This document shows positions 9,911 through 21,073 of a DNA stretch of 64,000 bases, one piece after another. Made by a program: the position numbers and the translations under genes. The stretch is from Candidatus Latescibacterota bacterium (GTDB taxonomy: Bacteria > Latescibacterota > UBA2968 > GCA-2709665): assembly GCA_965226795.1 (NCBI GenBank), contig CBDDDZ010000005.1:1696001-1760000 (forward strand), given 5' to 3'. The first letter of the stretch is position 1, and every line of letters starts with the position of its first letter. A model generated the notes under the pieces. That model did no database searches. It was not told the origin of the DNA and worked only from the letters and a program-made list of their open reading frames with translations.

Positions 9911-11692
9911 TCAAAACGCCTGTCCCAGGCTGAAATGTATTCGCCGTCGGGGCTCGATCGGATCTTCCGATAACCGGTACGCGACATCGAGCCGCAAAGG
10001 ACTTATAGGGTTCAAATAGCGCACGCCAGCGCCTGCCGCCAGCCGCAGGCGGCCTGGATCGAAGGCGCCGAACCGATCCGATCCCACGTTGCCCGCATCC
10101 ATAAATACGGCCACGCCAAACCCGGGCAGAAGCCGGGCGCGGAATTCGATGCTTCCATCCAGCACGCTCCTGCCGCCCTCCGGATCGCATTTTGCGTCCT
10201 TGGGGCCGAGCCTGTTCAGTTTCCATCCCCGCACGCTGTTGGCCCCACCAGCGAAAAATCGTTCGAAGTTGGGTATCGACTCAACGGTTCCTTCATTCAG
10301 GATCATCCCGCTCGAAACCCGCAGGGCCAGCACGCTCTTCCAAAACAGCTTCCGGTACCACCGACACTCGCCCGACACTTTGAGAAATTCTCTGTCACCC
10401 GACGCCTTTACCGCGAGTTCGGCCAACAGACCCCGCTGCGGGTCGAAAAAGTCGTCTCGTCTGTCTTCCAGGTATTCTACCGAAACCGTCGCGCGGGTGC
10501 TGTCCAACTCGAACTCGACGACTTCAGTCCTGGCCCGAAAAACGACTCGCCCGGTGGCGCGGAAAGTCCGTTCCAATGCCGCGCTGGCCCCCCCACGCTT
10601 TACCCGGACCTCCTCCGGTCGTTCCTGCTCCACAAACCCCGCCATATCCAGCCACGTCCTGCTCCCGAGTATGTATGGTTGCCGTACACCGATCTCTGCC
10701 CTGGCTTCCAGCGCCGACGCGGAAGACTCGATGGTCAACTGGCGCGCGCCGCCGCCCAGAAAACTCCGGTGCCGCCAGGCAAGCTGGCCCCTCAGCTGCT
10801 CCTCGGTATCGTAACCCGCTCCCAATTTCAGGCTCCGCGCGGGACGCTCCCTCACCTCGACGGTCACGTCCACCGGGCTCGCTTGAGCAACCGTGTCGGG
10901 GATGCCGAGTGAAACCGATCGAAATGCCTCCGACCGATAGAGTTGGAGCCGGCTGTTCGAGAGTTCCTTCTTCTGGTAGGCATCTCCTGCCCGAAAGGTC
11001 AGGCCTCGCAGAAGCAGACCTTTTGAAACCCTTCGATTGCCCTCGATTCGTACCTGCCCGAAACGGCACCTGGGTCCAGGCCTGACTCTAAACGTCACGT
11101 TTGCCCGCTTGCCATGTATCGACACCTCGGCCGCGACTTCGGCAAATGCATAACCGTCGTCCTGCAGCGTGTCCGAAATCAGTTTGAGGTCCGCCTCTCT
11201 CCCCATCCGTGTGAATGGCCGATCTCTCCTTGTGTTCAATGCTCGCCTGACCTGCATGCTGTCCTGCTCTACATCTGCTGGCAGCCCCTCAAGACGGACG
11301 CCACTAACCAGCACCGGCTCTCCTTCTTCGATACGGATACGAATTCGGACGAAACCGGGCCGCGACCTGTCGATTATCGTATCTGCGACAGCGTCGAAAT
11401 AGCCCGTGTCTGAGTAATGCGCCGTGATCCGCGCGACATCGGATCGAAACACGGACGGATCGAAACGCCGGTCGCTTACGCCGGGGAATATTTCGTACCA
11501 TGGGCTCGCCCGGGTAAACATCAGCAGCTTGAGATCCCGGGTGGATAGCACCCGATTTCCTTCGATCGCAACCACTTCGACGATAGCAGACTCCTTATCC
11601 TGTGCGGTGATGGTGAAGGGAACTCCGACAATGACGATGGCAGCCACAAACCTGAAAAGGATCAAATCTCTCCATCCTATCCAGTCGCTCAT
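9911..11692 (-). CDS. tamA: Omp85 family outer-membrane protein (TamA/BamA-like, POTRA repeats + barrel); start codon uncertain
   Basis: IEGN POTRA repeats, RFFAGGANSVRGW, PLRLDVAY, C-terminal HFSLGQAF. Confidence 0.85.
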   Translation of the reverse strand: MSDWIGWRDLILFRFVAAIVIVGVPFTITAQDKESAIVEVVAIEGNRVLSTRDLKLLMFTRASPWYEIFPGVSDRRFDPSVFRSDVARITAHYSDTGYFDAVADTIIDRSRPGFVRIRIRIEEGEPVLVSGVRLEGLPADVEQDSMQVRRALNTRRDRPFTRMGREADLKLISDTLQDDGYAFAEVAAEVSIHGKRANVTFRVRPGPRCRFGQVRIEGNRRVSKGLLLRGLTFRAGDAYQKKELSNSRLQLYRSEAFRSVSLGIPDTVAQASPVDVTVEVRERPARSLKLGAGYDTEEQLRGQLAWRHRSFLGGGARQLTIESSASALEARAEIGVRQPYILGSRTWLDMAGFVEQERPEEVRVKRGGASAALERTFRATGRVVFRARTEVVEFELDSTRATVSVEYLEDRRDDFFDPQRGLLAELAVKASGDREFLKVSGECRWYRKLFWKSVLALRVSSGMILNEGTVESIPNFERFFAGGANSVRGWKLNRLGPKDAKCDPEGGRSVLDGSIEFRARLLPGFGVAVFMDAGNVGSDRFGAFDPGRLRLAAGAGVRYLNPISPLRLDVAYRLSEDPIEPRRRIHFSLGQAF

Positions 11693-11959
11693 CGGGAATG
11701 GACCATCGCTCGACCGATGACCCATTTTGATGCAGCGACGTCCGTGGCCGCTCTCGCGCGCCGTCTCTGGAAAACCCGTCTGACGTTGCGACCCTGCCGT
11801 TCCTCGGCACTTCCTTTGACGCTCGCCAGTCCTGCCGGTTTCAGTTCTCCGCGAAGCGGAAGATATGTATCCGGTCTTCGGGCACAAGGGATTTCTGTCA
11901 CGCCAACAACCCGGCCCGGGGCCCATAAGCGTTTTTCGAAGCCCCTCCGACAACAACGG

Positions 11960-11997
11960 TCAGGCCCCTTTATCCGTTTTTGGATAAAGGGGCCTGA
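11960..11997 (-). terminator. Hairpin terminator downstream of clpB
   Basis: Perfect 16-bp inverted repeat TCAGGCCCCTTTATCC / GGATAAAGGGGCCTGA, about 25 nt after the clpB stop. Confidence 0.7.
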
Positions 11998-12020
11998 AGA
12001 GACAGTGCCGTGAAGAGGCC

Positions 12021-14651
12021 TCACCCGCTCTTAAGAGGCGCCTCGACCGGCCGATTCTCGTGGTGGAGGGTAAACTCACCGTTGTTTAAATCAACCCGTA
12101 TCCGCGCGCCGTCGAGGATATCGCCGCCAATGAGACCTCGGCCGATTCGAGTCTCCAATTCCCGTTGTAAGAAACGCTTTAGCGGGCGCGCGCCATAGAC
12201 CGGATCGAAACCCTCGCGCGCGGCGAATTCCCTGGCGGGGCCGGCGATCTCAAGGTCGATCCCCCGGTCTCCGAGGCGCCTTCGGAGATCCGCGGTCAAC
12301 AGATCCACGATCTTTGCGATTTCAGCCTGCGTCAAAAATTTAAATAAAACGATATCGTCAACGCGGTTGAGGAATTCCCGCCGGAAATGCCGCCGCATTT
12401 CGTCCAAGACCGCCAGACGGGCATATTCGCTGATGTCCCCGGTCGGCCCCACGCCCTCCAGCATGTGAGCCGACCCGATGTTGGAAGTCATGATAATCAC
12501 GGCATTCTTGAAGTCCACCGTCCGCCCCTGGGCGTCGGTCAACCGCCCGTCGTCGAGGATTTGCAGCAACGCATTGAACACGTCGTGGTGGGCCTTCTCG
12601 ATTTCGTCGAATAGAATCACCGAGTAGGGCTTCCGGCGGACCGCCTCGGTCAACTGACCACCGTCCTCGTAGCCCACATATCCGGGAGGCGCGCCGACCA
12701 GCCGTGAGACCGTGTGGCGTTCCATATATTCGCTCATGTCGATGCGAACCATATTTTCCTCGGAGTCGAACAACGCCTCTGCCAGGGCCCTGGCCAGTTC
12801 GGTCTTGCCGACACCCGTGGGCCCCAGGAAGATGAACGAGCCAATCGGCCGGCGCGGATCCTTAACCCCCGCCCGGGCCCGGATCACGGCGTCGGCTACC
12901 AGCGACACGGCCTCGTCCTGACCCACGACGCGCTTATGCAGAATCTCGTCCAAACGAAGGAGCTTCTCCCGCTCTCCCTCCATCAGGCGCGTCACGGGAA
13001 TCCCGGTCCAGCGACAGACGATCTCCGCGATCTCGTCTCCGGTCACCTCTTCCCGCAGCAGCCAGCCGTTCCCCGGCGACCGCGCCTCCTCTGCCGCCAG
13101 CTTTCGCTCCAGTTCCGGCAGCCGCCCGTGACTCAACTCCGCCAGCCGGTCCAGATCGTACTTTCGTTCGGCGTCTTCGATCTCACGCCGAACCGCTTCG
13201 ATCTGTTCGCGAACCTTCCGAACCTTATCGATCACTTCCTTCTCGGATTCCCATTGAGCGCGCATTGCGTCGGCCTGCGCTTTCAGATCAGCCAAACCCT
13301 TACGAAGGTCTTTCAGCCTCTGTGCGCTACCCTGATCCGTCTCTTTCTTCAGCGCCGCCTCTTCGATCTCCAGCCGCATGACCCTGCGGGTTACCTCGTC
13401 CAGCCCCGCCGGCATGGAATCGATCTCCGTCCGGATCATCGCGCAGGCCTCATCCACGAGGTCGATCGCCTTGTCGGGCAGAAACCGGTCCGATATGTAT
13501 CGGTTGGAGAGCACGGCCGCGCTTACAAGGGCGTTGTCCTGTATGCGTACCCCGTGGTGTAACTCGTACCTTTCTCGAAAACCCCTGAGAATCGAAATTG
13601 TGTCCTCCACCGAGGGCGCATCCACCGTGACGGGCTGAAACCGTCGCTCCAGGGCGGCGTCCTTCTCGATAGATTTTCGGTATTCGTCCAGCGTTGTCGC
13701 CCCGATACAGTGCAGTTCCCCCCGCGCCAGCATCGGCTTCAGCATATTTCCCGCGTCCGCGGACCCTTCCGTACGTCCGGCGCCGACGATATTGTGGACC
13801 TCGTCGATAAACAACAGAATTCGGCCGTCGCTTTGCGCAATCTCGTTCAAGACGGCCTTGAGCCGCTCCTCGAACTCGCCGCGAAATTTCGCGCCTGCCA
13901 GCAACGCCCCCATGTCGAGGGAAAACACCGTACGCTCCTTCATCCACTCGGGCACGTCTCCCCTCACGATACGTTGTGCGAGTCCTTCAACAACAGCCGT
14001 CTTCCCGACCCCCGGCTCCCCGATCAGGACCGGGTTGTTCTTTGTCTTTCGAGACAGGATGCGCACAACCCTTCTGATTTCCGCGTCACGCCCGATCACC
14101 GGGTCCAGCCTGCCCGCGCGCGCCTGTGAGACCAGATCCACACCGTACTTCTCGAGCGCTTCGTAGGTGCCCTCGGGTTCGGGGTTGGTCACCCTCTGTT
14201 TGCCGCGGACTCCGGTGAGCGCATTCAGAAACCCCTTTCTTGTGGCCCCGGACTCGTGCAGAATCAGTCCCGATTGCGTACCGGTTCCCTCGCCCAGCAA
14301 CGCCAGCGCCAGGTGTTCCACGGAAACGTACTCATCCTGCATCCGCTTTGCCTCTTCTTCGGCCTGCTGCAGTAACTTCTGGAGGCGCGCCGTTACGTAC
14401 ATCTTTCCGGGTTCCGAACTCCCTCCGGTCTGCCGGGGTCTCCGGTCGAGTTCCAGACCTACCTGTGATTTCAGGGCTTCCGCGTCGACGTTCATCCGCG
14501 CCAGAATTCGCGGGATAAGACCGTCGGGCTGCTCAAGTAGCGCCAGGAGTAGATGCTCGCCGTCCAACTCCGGGTGCCCGTACCGGGACACGCTGGCCTG
14601 TGCGTCCTGAAGCGCCTCCTGCGATTTCTGTGTGAGTCTATTCATGTCCAT
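12021..14651 (-). CDS. clpB: ATP-dependent chaperone ClpB
   Basis: Two AAA+ modules ([16 protein letters not shown]), [28 protein letters not shown], coiled-coil M-domain; AGGAGG RBS. Confidence 0.97.
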   Translation of the reverse strand: MDMNRLTQKSQEALQDAQASVSRYGHPELDGEHLLLALLEQPDGLIPRILARMNVDAEALKSQVGLELDRRPRQTGGSSEPGKMYVTARLQKLLQQAEEEAKRMQDEYVSVEHLALALLGEGTGTQSGLILHESGATRKGFLNALTGVRGKQRVTNPEPEGTYEALEKYGVDLVSQARAGRLDPVIGRDAEIRRVVRILSRKTKNNPVLIGEPGVGKTAVVEGLAQRIVRGDVPEWMKERTVFSLDMGALLAGAKFRGEFEERLKAVLNEIAQSDGRILLFIDEVHNIVGAGRTEGSADAGNMLKPMLARGELHCIGATTLDEYRKSIEKDAALERRFQPVTVDAPSVEDTISILRGFRERYELHHGVRIQDNALVSAAVLSNRYISDRFLPDKAIDLVDEACAMIRTEIDSMPAGLDEVTRRVMRLEIEEAALKKETDQGSAQRLKDLRKGLADLKAQADAMRAQWESEKEVIDKVRKVREQIEAVRREIEDAERKYDLDRLAELSHGRLPELERKLAAEEARSPGNGWLLREEVTGDEIAEIVCRWTGIPVTRLMEGEREKLLRLDEILHKRVVGQDEAVSLVADAVIRARAGVKDPRRPIGSFIFLGPTGVGKTELARALAEALFDSEENMVRIDMSEYMERHTVSRLVGAPPGYVGYEDGGQLTEAVRRKPYSVILFDEIEKAHHDVFNALLQILDDGRLTDAQGRTVDFKNAVIIMTSNIGSAHMLEGVGPTGDISEYARLAVLDEMRRHFRREFLNRVDDIVLFKFLTQAEIAKIVDLLTADLRRRLGDRGIDLEIAGPAREFAAREGFDPVYGARPLKRFLQRELETRIGRGLIGGDILDGARIRVDLNNGEFTLHHENRPVEAPLKSG

Positions 14652-14867
14652 TCCGGACCTCCTTTCTTTTCCGTTCCCGAAACCCGTAACCGCACCCGGC
14701 ATGCCACCGAAAGGTGTCTTCGTTCATTCGCTCGTTGCAGCTGATCGTCCGCAACTCCGAAGCGCGTCAGATTTCCGCGAACCGGCCCGTTGACTTGGAA
14801 AACACGCGCGCTGCCGTCCTTCTTAGCCGGTCGCCGCAACTTTCACGCCTCCCCCGCTTCATACACA

Positions 14868-14884
14868 TGCAATGACCGTGCCAG
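14868..14884 (-). promoter_or_regulatory. sigma54 (RpoN) -24/-12 promoter upstream of clpB
   Basis: Minus strand CTGGCACGGTCATTGCA matches YTGGCACG-N4-TTGCW; AT-rich tract upstream. Confidence 0.75.
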
Positions 14885-15138
14885 CATTGCGATTGGATGA
14901 AGGATCTGAACAAGAACAATAAAACAGACCTGTAAATTAACGATGCATGTATCAATCACCCCGCGCCTTCGCCCACCGTGAACCGTCCTATTGGGTGGTC
15001 GACTCCGCGTGAATATCCGCACGTCTGCATGTATTGCTGGTCCTGCGGACGTCATTCGCGGTTGAATTCAGACCCGAGATCGCGTATCTTTGCGAATCGC
15101 CCGTACCCCGCCATCCATTTCGTACCGAGGAACGCCCG

Positions 15139-15972
15139 ATGCATTCCGACGCCGATGCCCTGGCCGTATTCGCTCCAGATCTCTTCACTGGGAAAACCGC
15201 GCTGGTAACAGGCGGAGGACGGGGCATCGGCAAACGCATCGCCCTAGCGTTCGCGCGGCTGGGGGCGCAAATTGTGATCGCAGGCCGAAATCCCGGACCT
15301 CTCACGTCCACCTCCGAGGAGATTGCCGGAATTGGCGCCCGATGCCTGGCCCTTCCCGTGAATATCCGGGAGGTCGGACAGGTTGAAGAACTGGTCTCCA
15401 GGGCGCTGTGCGAATTCGGCGCCATCGACTTTCTGGTCAACAACGCGGGAGGCCAGTTCCCCGCGCGTCCGTCGGAGATTACCGATGGGGGCTGGCGGGC
15501 GGTCGTGGATCTCAACCTCAACGGTACCTGGAACATGTGCAGCCGCATCGGTCCCCACATGGCCAGAAACGGTTACGGATCGATCGTTAACATCGTACAT
15601 ATATACGCACTCGAGCGGGGCGCACCGCCCTTTGCCCACTCCGGCGCCGCGCGGGCGGGCGTGGTCAACCTGACAAAGACCTTGGGCTACCATTATGCCG
15701 GCCGCAGAGTGAGGGTCAACGCCCTCGCGCCGGGCTTTGTGGACACCTCCGGCCTCCGGGAGCACGAATTCAAGCCCCTCCAGCGCGAAGACTTCGAATC
15801 AATGGCCCTCCGGGACGTCCCTGCAGGCCGGTTCGCGGACCCGGACGAGGTAGCGGCCGTCACACTATTCCTGTGTTCTCCGGCCGCCGCATATATCACA
15901 GGTACGACGATTGTCGCCGACGGCGCGCTGTCTTTAGGCAACTGGACGCCCTGGATGGATCCCGAGCCGTAG
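15139..15972 (+). CDS. SDR oxidoreductase (2,4-dienoyl-CoA/trans-2-enoyl-CoA reductase-like)
   Basis: TGGGRGIG, NNAGGQF, HSGAARAG (Tyr-less active site of this subfamily), YITG. Confidence 0.85.
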   Translation: MHSDADALAVFAPDLFTGKTALVTGGGRGIGKRIALAFARLGAQIVIAGRNPGPLTSTSEEIAGIGARCLALPVNIREVGQVEELVSRALCEFGAIDFLVNNAGGQFPARPSEITDGGWRAVVDLNLNGTWNMCSRIGPHMARNGYGSIVNIVHIYALERGAPPFAHSGAARAGVVNLTKTLGYHYAGRRVRVNALAPGFVDTSGLREHEFKPLQREDFESMALRDVPAGRFADPDEVAAVTLFLCSPAAAYITGTTIVADGALSLGNWTPWMDPEP

Positions 15973-15986
15973 CGGTTACCAGGAGT

Positions 15987-16029
15987 AACAAACAACGAGG
16001 CCGGGGGTTTCCCGGCCTCGTTGTTTGTT
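15987..16029 (+). terminator. Intrinsic (bidirectional-type) terminator
   Basis: Perfect 19-bp inverted repeat AACAAACAACGAGGCCGGG / CCCGGCCTCGTTGTTTGTT just after the SDR stop. Confidence 0.8.
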
Positions 16030-16223
16030 CGGTTCCTGTGCTCTTGTTATACGATTTCAATCGCTAATGACATGGCGACTTCCGTGTTCGCCATCCACGG
16101 GCACATAAACAACAAGTCGTTAATTTCAAATATCTTATGTTACAATTAAAAAACACGTATCGAGAGGAAATCCAGGGCGGCTTCGAGAGAGGATAGAATG
16201 CGCCAATTTGGCATAAAATGGCC

Positions 16224-16268
16224 GCTATTATTCGATATACGCCAAATTGGCGTATATCGAATAATAGC
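16224..16268. repeat. Perfect 45-bp palindrome (22-bp arms, 1-nt centre)
   Basis: GCTATTATTCGATATACGCCAA-A-TTGGCGTATATCGAATAATAGC. Confidence 0.95.
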
Positions 16269-16304
16269 CCGCGCGGACTCCGTCTCAGCCCGCCACACCG
16301 GACT

Positions 16305-17111
16305 TCAATATCCGATCCGACGCAAAAACGTATATGTCTTCCGGCTTCGCCTGGCCTCGCTGATCGGGTCATCTGCGCCTGGTATAGGGTTTCCCGGGCA
16401 ACTCGTTACCCATCGGGTGAAACCGATCTCCACCAGCGCCTTTCGAATCGCCGCAAAATCCAGATCCGGCCCTTCGCCCACGTCGCACCAGACCGGATCG
16501 TAACGGCCGCTTTCGTCACATGAGGTGGACGTATAATCCTGAAGGTGCATGTAATTCAACCGGCTCCGGAAGTCTCGTATCGAATCGGCGGGATCGTATC
16601 CCCATAGCCTGGCGTGGGACACGTCGATACACAGCTTCGCCTTGCGAAGCCGCCCCGAGTAGAATTTCCAGTCCGCCACGGAATCCACGAGCGTATTGGT
16701 GTGAATGTGGTAGCTGATTTCCAGCCCCAGCGTCTCCGCATATTCCGCCCACGTTTCCGCGCCTTCGGCCGCCGCCGTCAGGTCGTCCTCCGTCACCGGC
16801 CGGGCGGCCGGTTTGCCGCCGCTCATGAACATGAAACAGTCGGCCCCCACTTCCGCGGCGTATTCCATCCGGCGTCGATTGCGCTCCACGTGCGCCCAAT
16901 TGCGTACATCCGGTGATCCACTGGCGGTATACACTGCCATCGGCAATCCGGCGTTTTCGCAAACGCGCCGCAGCCGGGAAGGGGACCCCAGCCAGTCCGT
17001 CGACATCCGCCCCTCCCAGCCCTCCCATCCGGCCTTTTTCAACGCTTCCAGTGCCGGTTCCAGATCCGGCTCCTGCCATCTGAGTGTACTGTATCCCAGC
17101 TTGAATTCCAT
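16305..17111 (-). CDS. Sugar phosphate isomerase/epimerase (IolE-like TIM barrel)
   Basis: GWEGWE, ISYHIH, LCIDVSH, YMHLQD, DVGEG.LDF. Confidence 0.8.
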   Translation of the reverse strand: MEFKLGYSTLRWQEPDLEPALEALKKAGWEGWEGRMSTDWLGSPSRLRRVCENAGLPMAVYTASGSPDVRNWAHVERNRRRMEYAAEVGADCFMFMSGGKPAARPVTEDDLTAAAEGAETWAEYAETLGLEISYHIHTNTLVDSVADWKFYSGRLRKAKLCIDVSHARLWGYDPADSIRDFRSRLNYMHLQDYTSTSCDESGRYDPVWCDVGEGPDLDFAAIRKALVEIGFTRWVTSCPGNPIPGADDPISEARRSRKTYTFLRRIGY

Positions 17112-17150
17112 GTGTCCCTCCGTCTGCCTGTAACTGAGGGCGGCGCGGGC

Positions 17151-19643
17151 TCAACGTATCCGCCGCCTCAACTCCTCCTGGGCCTGGCGAAACAGCGCGA
17201 TCAGCCGCGCACGCGTTTTTTCGTCACGGAATACGCCGATTTTCTCCGCCCAGGCGATGCCGCCCTCCATATGGGTCAGCAGGTATTCGCCTTCCGTGGG
17301 TTCAAACGCGCATCGCTTTCCCACGTCGATGTAAACCGGCGATGAATGGGCCATCACCGGACCCGCGTCCGTTGCGTACTCACCCCAGCACCGGGCCGCC
17401 ACCCAGCACGACTCTCCGACTTTCAAGTCGAACTTTACAGTCACGGCCCGACGGTCGCCGTCCGCATCCTGCCTGGCTACGCGCTTCCCGTTGACGATCA
17501 GTTCCACCGCGGTCAGCGGCCACACGCTCTCCGCATTGGCGACCGCCTCCACGGTCCCCCCATTCCCCGGCAACGCGATCTCCCCGCCCATCGGGATGCC
17601 GTCGACGCACAGATCGATCATGGCGCCGGTACTGGCGAATGTCGTCCCGCGCTTTACAGCTTTACACCAATTGTCAAACGTAAACACTTCGCCGCGTTCA
17701 AGTTTCGCGTAAGTTCGGGAGCCGCCCAGGATGCGACCGTTCGACATCTTATCCGTCCCGCCCACGATGGGAAGCTTCTGACCCGTGTTCAGCCAGCGGT
17801 AATACCCGCGTTCTCCGGCACCGATCCGTTCACCCTGCCAGATCCAGCACATTTCCGCGGCGTCGGCCTGGCCAAGCACGATATTGGCGGCATTCTCGAA
17901 ATCGGGCGTGGGCATATGCGGCATAATCACAAGTCCGCCCTGCCGCCGGCAGGCTTCCGCCCAATCCGCCATCAGGACCTGGATCTCACCGCCAATCCAA
18001 TCCTCCTGAGGGCCGCCGGTACACATTGGCGCCACCATTTCCTTCAGACCCAACAGGCTGATGTGCCCCAGCACATGCTGCCGGTTTTCCTGACTCACCC
18101 AGATCTTGTGGTGCTCGCTGCTCGTTGGCGCCAGACCTCCCGTAAACTCCTCCCAACTGGTAAACAGGCGGCCCCACTGGCTGGCGAGAAGGTTCACCAC
18201 GTTCAGGTCTTCACCTGCCGCCTCGAGATGGGCGGATTGTGACGACAGAAAGTGCACGTGGGTGTCGCCAGAATAGAAACCACGGTCTTTCATGTCAAAT
18301 GCACGTTCAATTTCCAGTGAGAGATCCCGCTGGCCCGGTTTGATTTCCACCAGCTTCCGCACGGGAACATACTCGAATCCGCGCGCCACCTCTACGTAAA
18401 CCGGTCCCACCGGAAGTTCGACCTGGCAGGTACCGTCAACGTATGCATAAGGGGTACCATGCACCTTGCAGTCGCCCCCCATATCCTCGAACCAAGCGGT
18501 ATTCACGTCGGCCTGATGGCCATGCGGCGCGAAATAAGCGCCTTGAGGAGATCGGAAATGGATCCGGCATCCCACCGGCCGGCCGGCTTCCGCGTCGTTT
18601 ACCCTTACATGTACCCACTGCTTGCCGGCAGGCGCGACCACGGCAACGCGAGTGCCGCCGCGCTGCACAGTTTTTCTCTCCAGTACGTCCCCCCACCTGA
18701 ACGCCTCGTCGGACTCCCCGCACCGGATGCTCAGCCGTCCTTCCGGAGACCCATGGATTTCCAGATAACGCCCCTTCCGAAACGCCTGTCCGCCGCCGCC
18801 CCACCCCGCCTCATCCGAATCCAGGTAATCCTCACCGGGCGAGTAGAGACAATCCTGCCGCGCGATCACACCTCGATCCATGTCTACTGCGACCTCGTCC
18901 TCGCTCTCGGTCGAAACGGCGACCTCACTGCGCGGATGCCACGCAAGCGGGTCGTTTTCCTCCTAGCAGAGGGTGATTCCACCCAGAGCCAGCGCGGCTT
19001 CGCCGGACGCCACCACCTCAATTGTCCGAATGGCCTTCTCGGGATGCGGATTGACCCAGTCGTACAGCCACCAACCCGTCAGATCGCTGCTTTCTGACCT
19101 GACACCCACCTGCGCCGCGCCATACGGTAAAGTCCGGTCGTCCAGGGTCAGAGGGAGAAACTCGCGGCAATTCCGGCAAAGGAAGGGATGGTGGCCCCAC
19201 GGAACGAAAAGGTCGTGAATCTCGAACCGCCGCCTGAGTTCCTGTTCGACTCCCTGTCCCGAGTCATAGCCGATCCGGTATCTTCCGACGGCTTCTCCGG
19301 TCCCTTCCAGACTGGCCTCCATCCCTTCAACGGGCGTACAGACATGGGCAAACAGCACGCGACGCGCCTTCCGGCCAACGGCAATGGAGACCGACCCGGC
19401 GACCCGCTCATCCAGCCGCCCTGAAACCACGACAAACGTCGGCCTACCGGGATTTTTTTCGCGGTCCGTTAGCGCGAACGGAACGCCCCAAAATCGGGTA
19501 TTACCGCCTGGAAGACGGTCCAGCCCACTGAGCCCCGGTCTTCCCGGCGCGGCGGGCCAGAGGTAACCATCCGCGGTCTCGATATTCTCCGTTCCGGCGT
19601 TCAAATACGCCCTCAGATCCAGTGATTGAAACACGCCCGACAT
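17151..19643 (-). pseudogene. CehA/McbA-like PHP-domain metallohydrolase interrupted by one in-frame TAG (18963-18965); pseudogene, split gene or read-through
   Basis: ORFs 18963-19670 and 17151-18881 share a frame: ...GGITLC*EENDPLAWHPRSEV...MDRGV; the joined product (about 830 aa) is colinear with paralog 22666-25167; motifs GDTHVHF, ENRQH, GGTDKMS, AHSSPVY are intact. Confidence 0.75.
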
Positions 19644-20108
19644 ACGCAAACCGCTCCTATTCTGTGTCATGTGTCTGAAAGAATGGTGATCGCCCTGATA
19701 CCGTCCCTACCGGGAAAGGCGCTCTGGCGGGGCGCATGGGCTGCGCAGCCAGGCGTTGACTTCCCCCGGTTCCGGCCCATCCTGGAGTGCGTTACTCTAT
19801 CCTCGAAGCCGGTGTTTAACGCGTATTCGTCACGGAACCCGTCCGCAGATATGGAAATCCATTGACGGCCGACGGCTTTCTCCGTAATCTGGGAGGACTG
19901 TTGAATCGCGTTCCTGGCGTATACCGGCATCCGTCCGGCTTTCGCACAGGGCCGATTCGCCGCATTGCATCGCAACTTATCCGCCCTCAATCTGCTCGAC
20001 GACGCTTCAGAACACGCGATTCCCCGTGGTTCTATTTCAATCCCGATTCGACGGGTCGAGACGTCGACCATAAGGAGCATACGGCCCGTTCTTTGAGGAA
20101 TATCGCCA

Positions 20109-20849
20109 ATGATCATCGACAGCCACGTGCATCTCAGACACGGCAACGCCGCGCGTACGGAATATACCGCCCATCAGATCGTTGAATCCATGGATGGCGC
20201 AGGCGTGGACAAATCGGTCGTCTTTGCCATATGCACCACCACATTTGACGCCGTTTCGCGGGCTCGAACCGCACACGAACTGTATCCGGACCGCCTCATT
20301 CCTTATGCATACGCGCTACCCAACTCCGAACGGTCGATTATTGGGTGCATCGAAGAAGCCGTCACACGCCTGGACTTCAAGGGGATCAAGATACACGCCG
20401 GCGAATGCACCCTCGCGGAATACGTGTCGGACCCCATACTGAAACTGGCCGGCGCACACGGCGTGCCCTGCCTCATCGATTTCATCGGCCGCCACGCCGA
20501 CCTCGAACGAATCGCCCGCGACTTCCCCGATACCCCGATCATCGTCGCCCACATGGGCCGTTACCTGTGCACCGACCAGTCGCTCATCGATCGGTTTGTC
20601 CGCATCGCGGAAGAATACGGGAACGTCTATATGGACATCAGCGGCGTCGTTCTGATCTGGAAAATCCGCGAGGCCGTGGAGCGCCTGGGACCGGAACGCA
20701 TCATCTGGGGCACCGACGGACCCTACCCCACACCCGACCTGGCAACCTATATCCGCACCGATATCGAAAAGGTCCGGGCTTCCGGCACCAGCGGGGCCGA
20801 ACTATCCGCAATCCTTGCCGGAAACATCGCCCGGCTGTTAAACCTCTGA
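20109..20849 (+). CDS. Amidohydrolase family 2 protein
   Basis: IIDSHVH, FKGIKIH, IVAHMG, YMDISG, IWGTDGP. Confidence 0.9.
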   Translation: MIIDSHVHLRHGNAARTEYTAHQIVESMDGAGVDKSVVFAICTTTFDAVSRARTAHELYPDRLIPYAYALPNSERSIIGCIEEAVTRLDFKGIKIHAGECTLAEYVSDPILKLAGAHGVPCLIDFIGRHADLERIARDFPDTPIIVAHMGRYLCTDQSLIDRFVRIAEEYGNVYMDISGVVLIWKIREAVERLGPERIIWGTDGPYPTPDLATYIRTDIEKVRASGTSGAELSAILAGNIARLLNL

Positions 20850-21036
20850 CGTGTAATCCATGTATTGGTAGTATTATAACAGGTTTGCATAGAAAAGGTT
20901 ACGTACGAAATTCGTATTGGAAGTCGAGCGACGGATCAGTAAACAGACGGGGTAACGCCACGGTCCTGCCAACCCCATTTCGATCGCAGCCCTCGTATGA
21001 ATACCCCGGATTTCACTGACTTCGCGACGCTTTTTC

Positions 21037-21064
21037 TTGACAAATATACGCGTTTATATATTTT
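21037..21064 (+). promoter_or_regulatory. sigma70-type promoter for the riboswitch-asd transcript
   Basis: TTGACA-16 nt-TATTTT ending about 10 nt before the riboswitch P1 stem. Confidence 0.65.
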
Positions 21065-21073
21065 TCTTCCGCT

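Noticed and set aside
16118..16145. dif-like site (TTATGTTACAA resembles the XerD arm)
   Set aside because: The XerC-side arm lacks the ATAA half-site at 6-bp spacing, and the XerD arm itself has mismatches
16209..16224. sigma54-like TGGCATAAAATGGC
   Set aside because: The GC is one base off the required -24/-12 spacing and no downstream plus-strand gene exists
19671..20108. 440-bp divergent gap as a small gene or ncRNA
   Set aside because: Its ORFs lack RBS and motifs, and no convincing RNA structure or repeat was recognised
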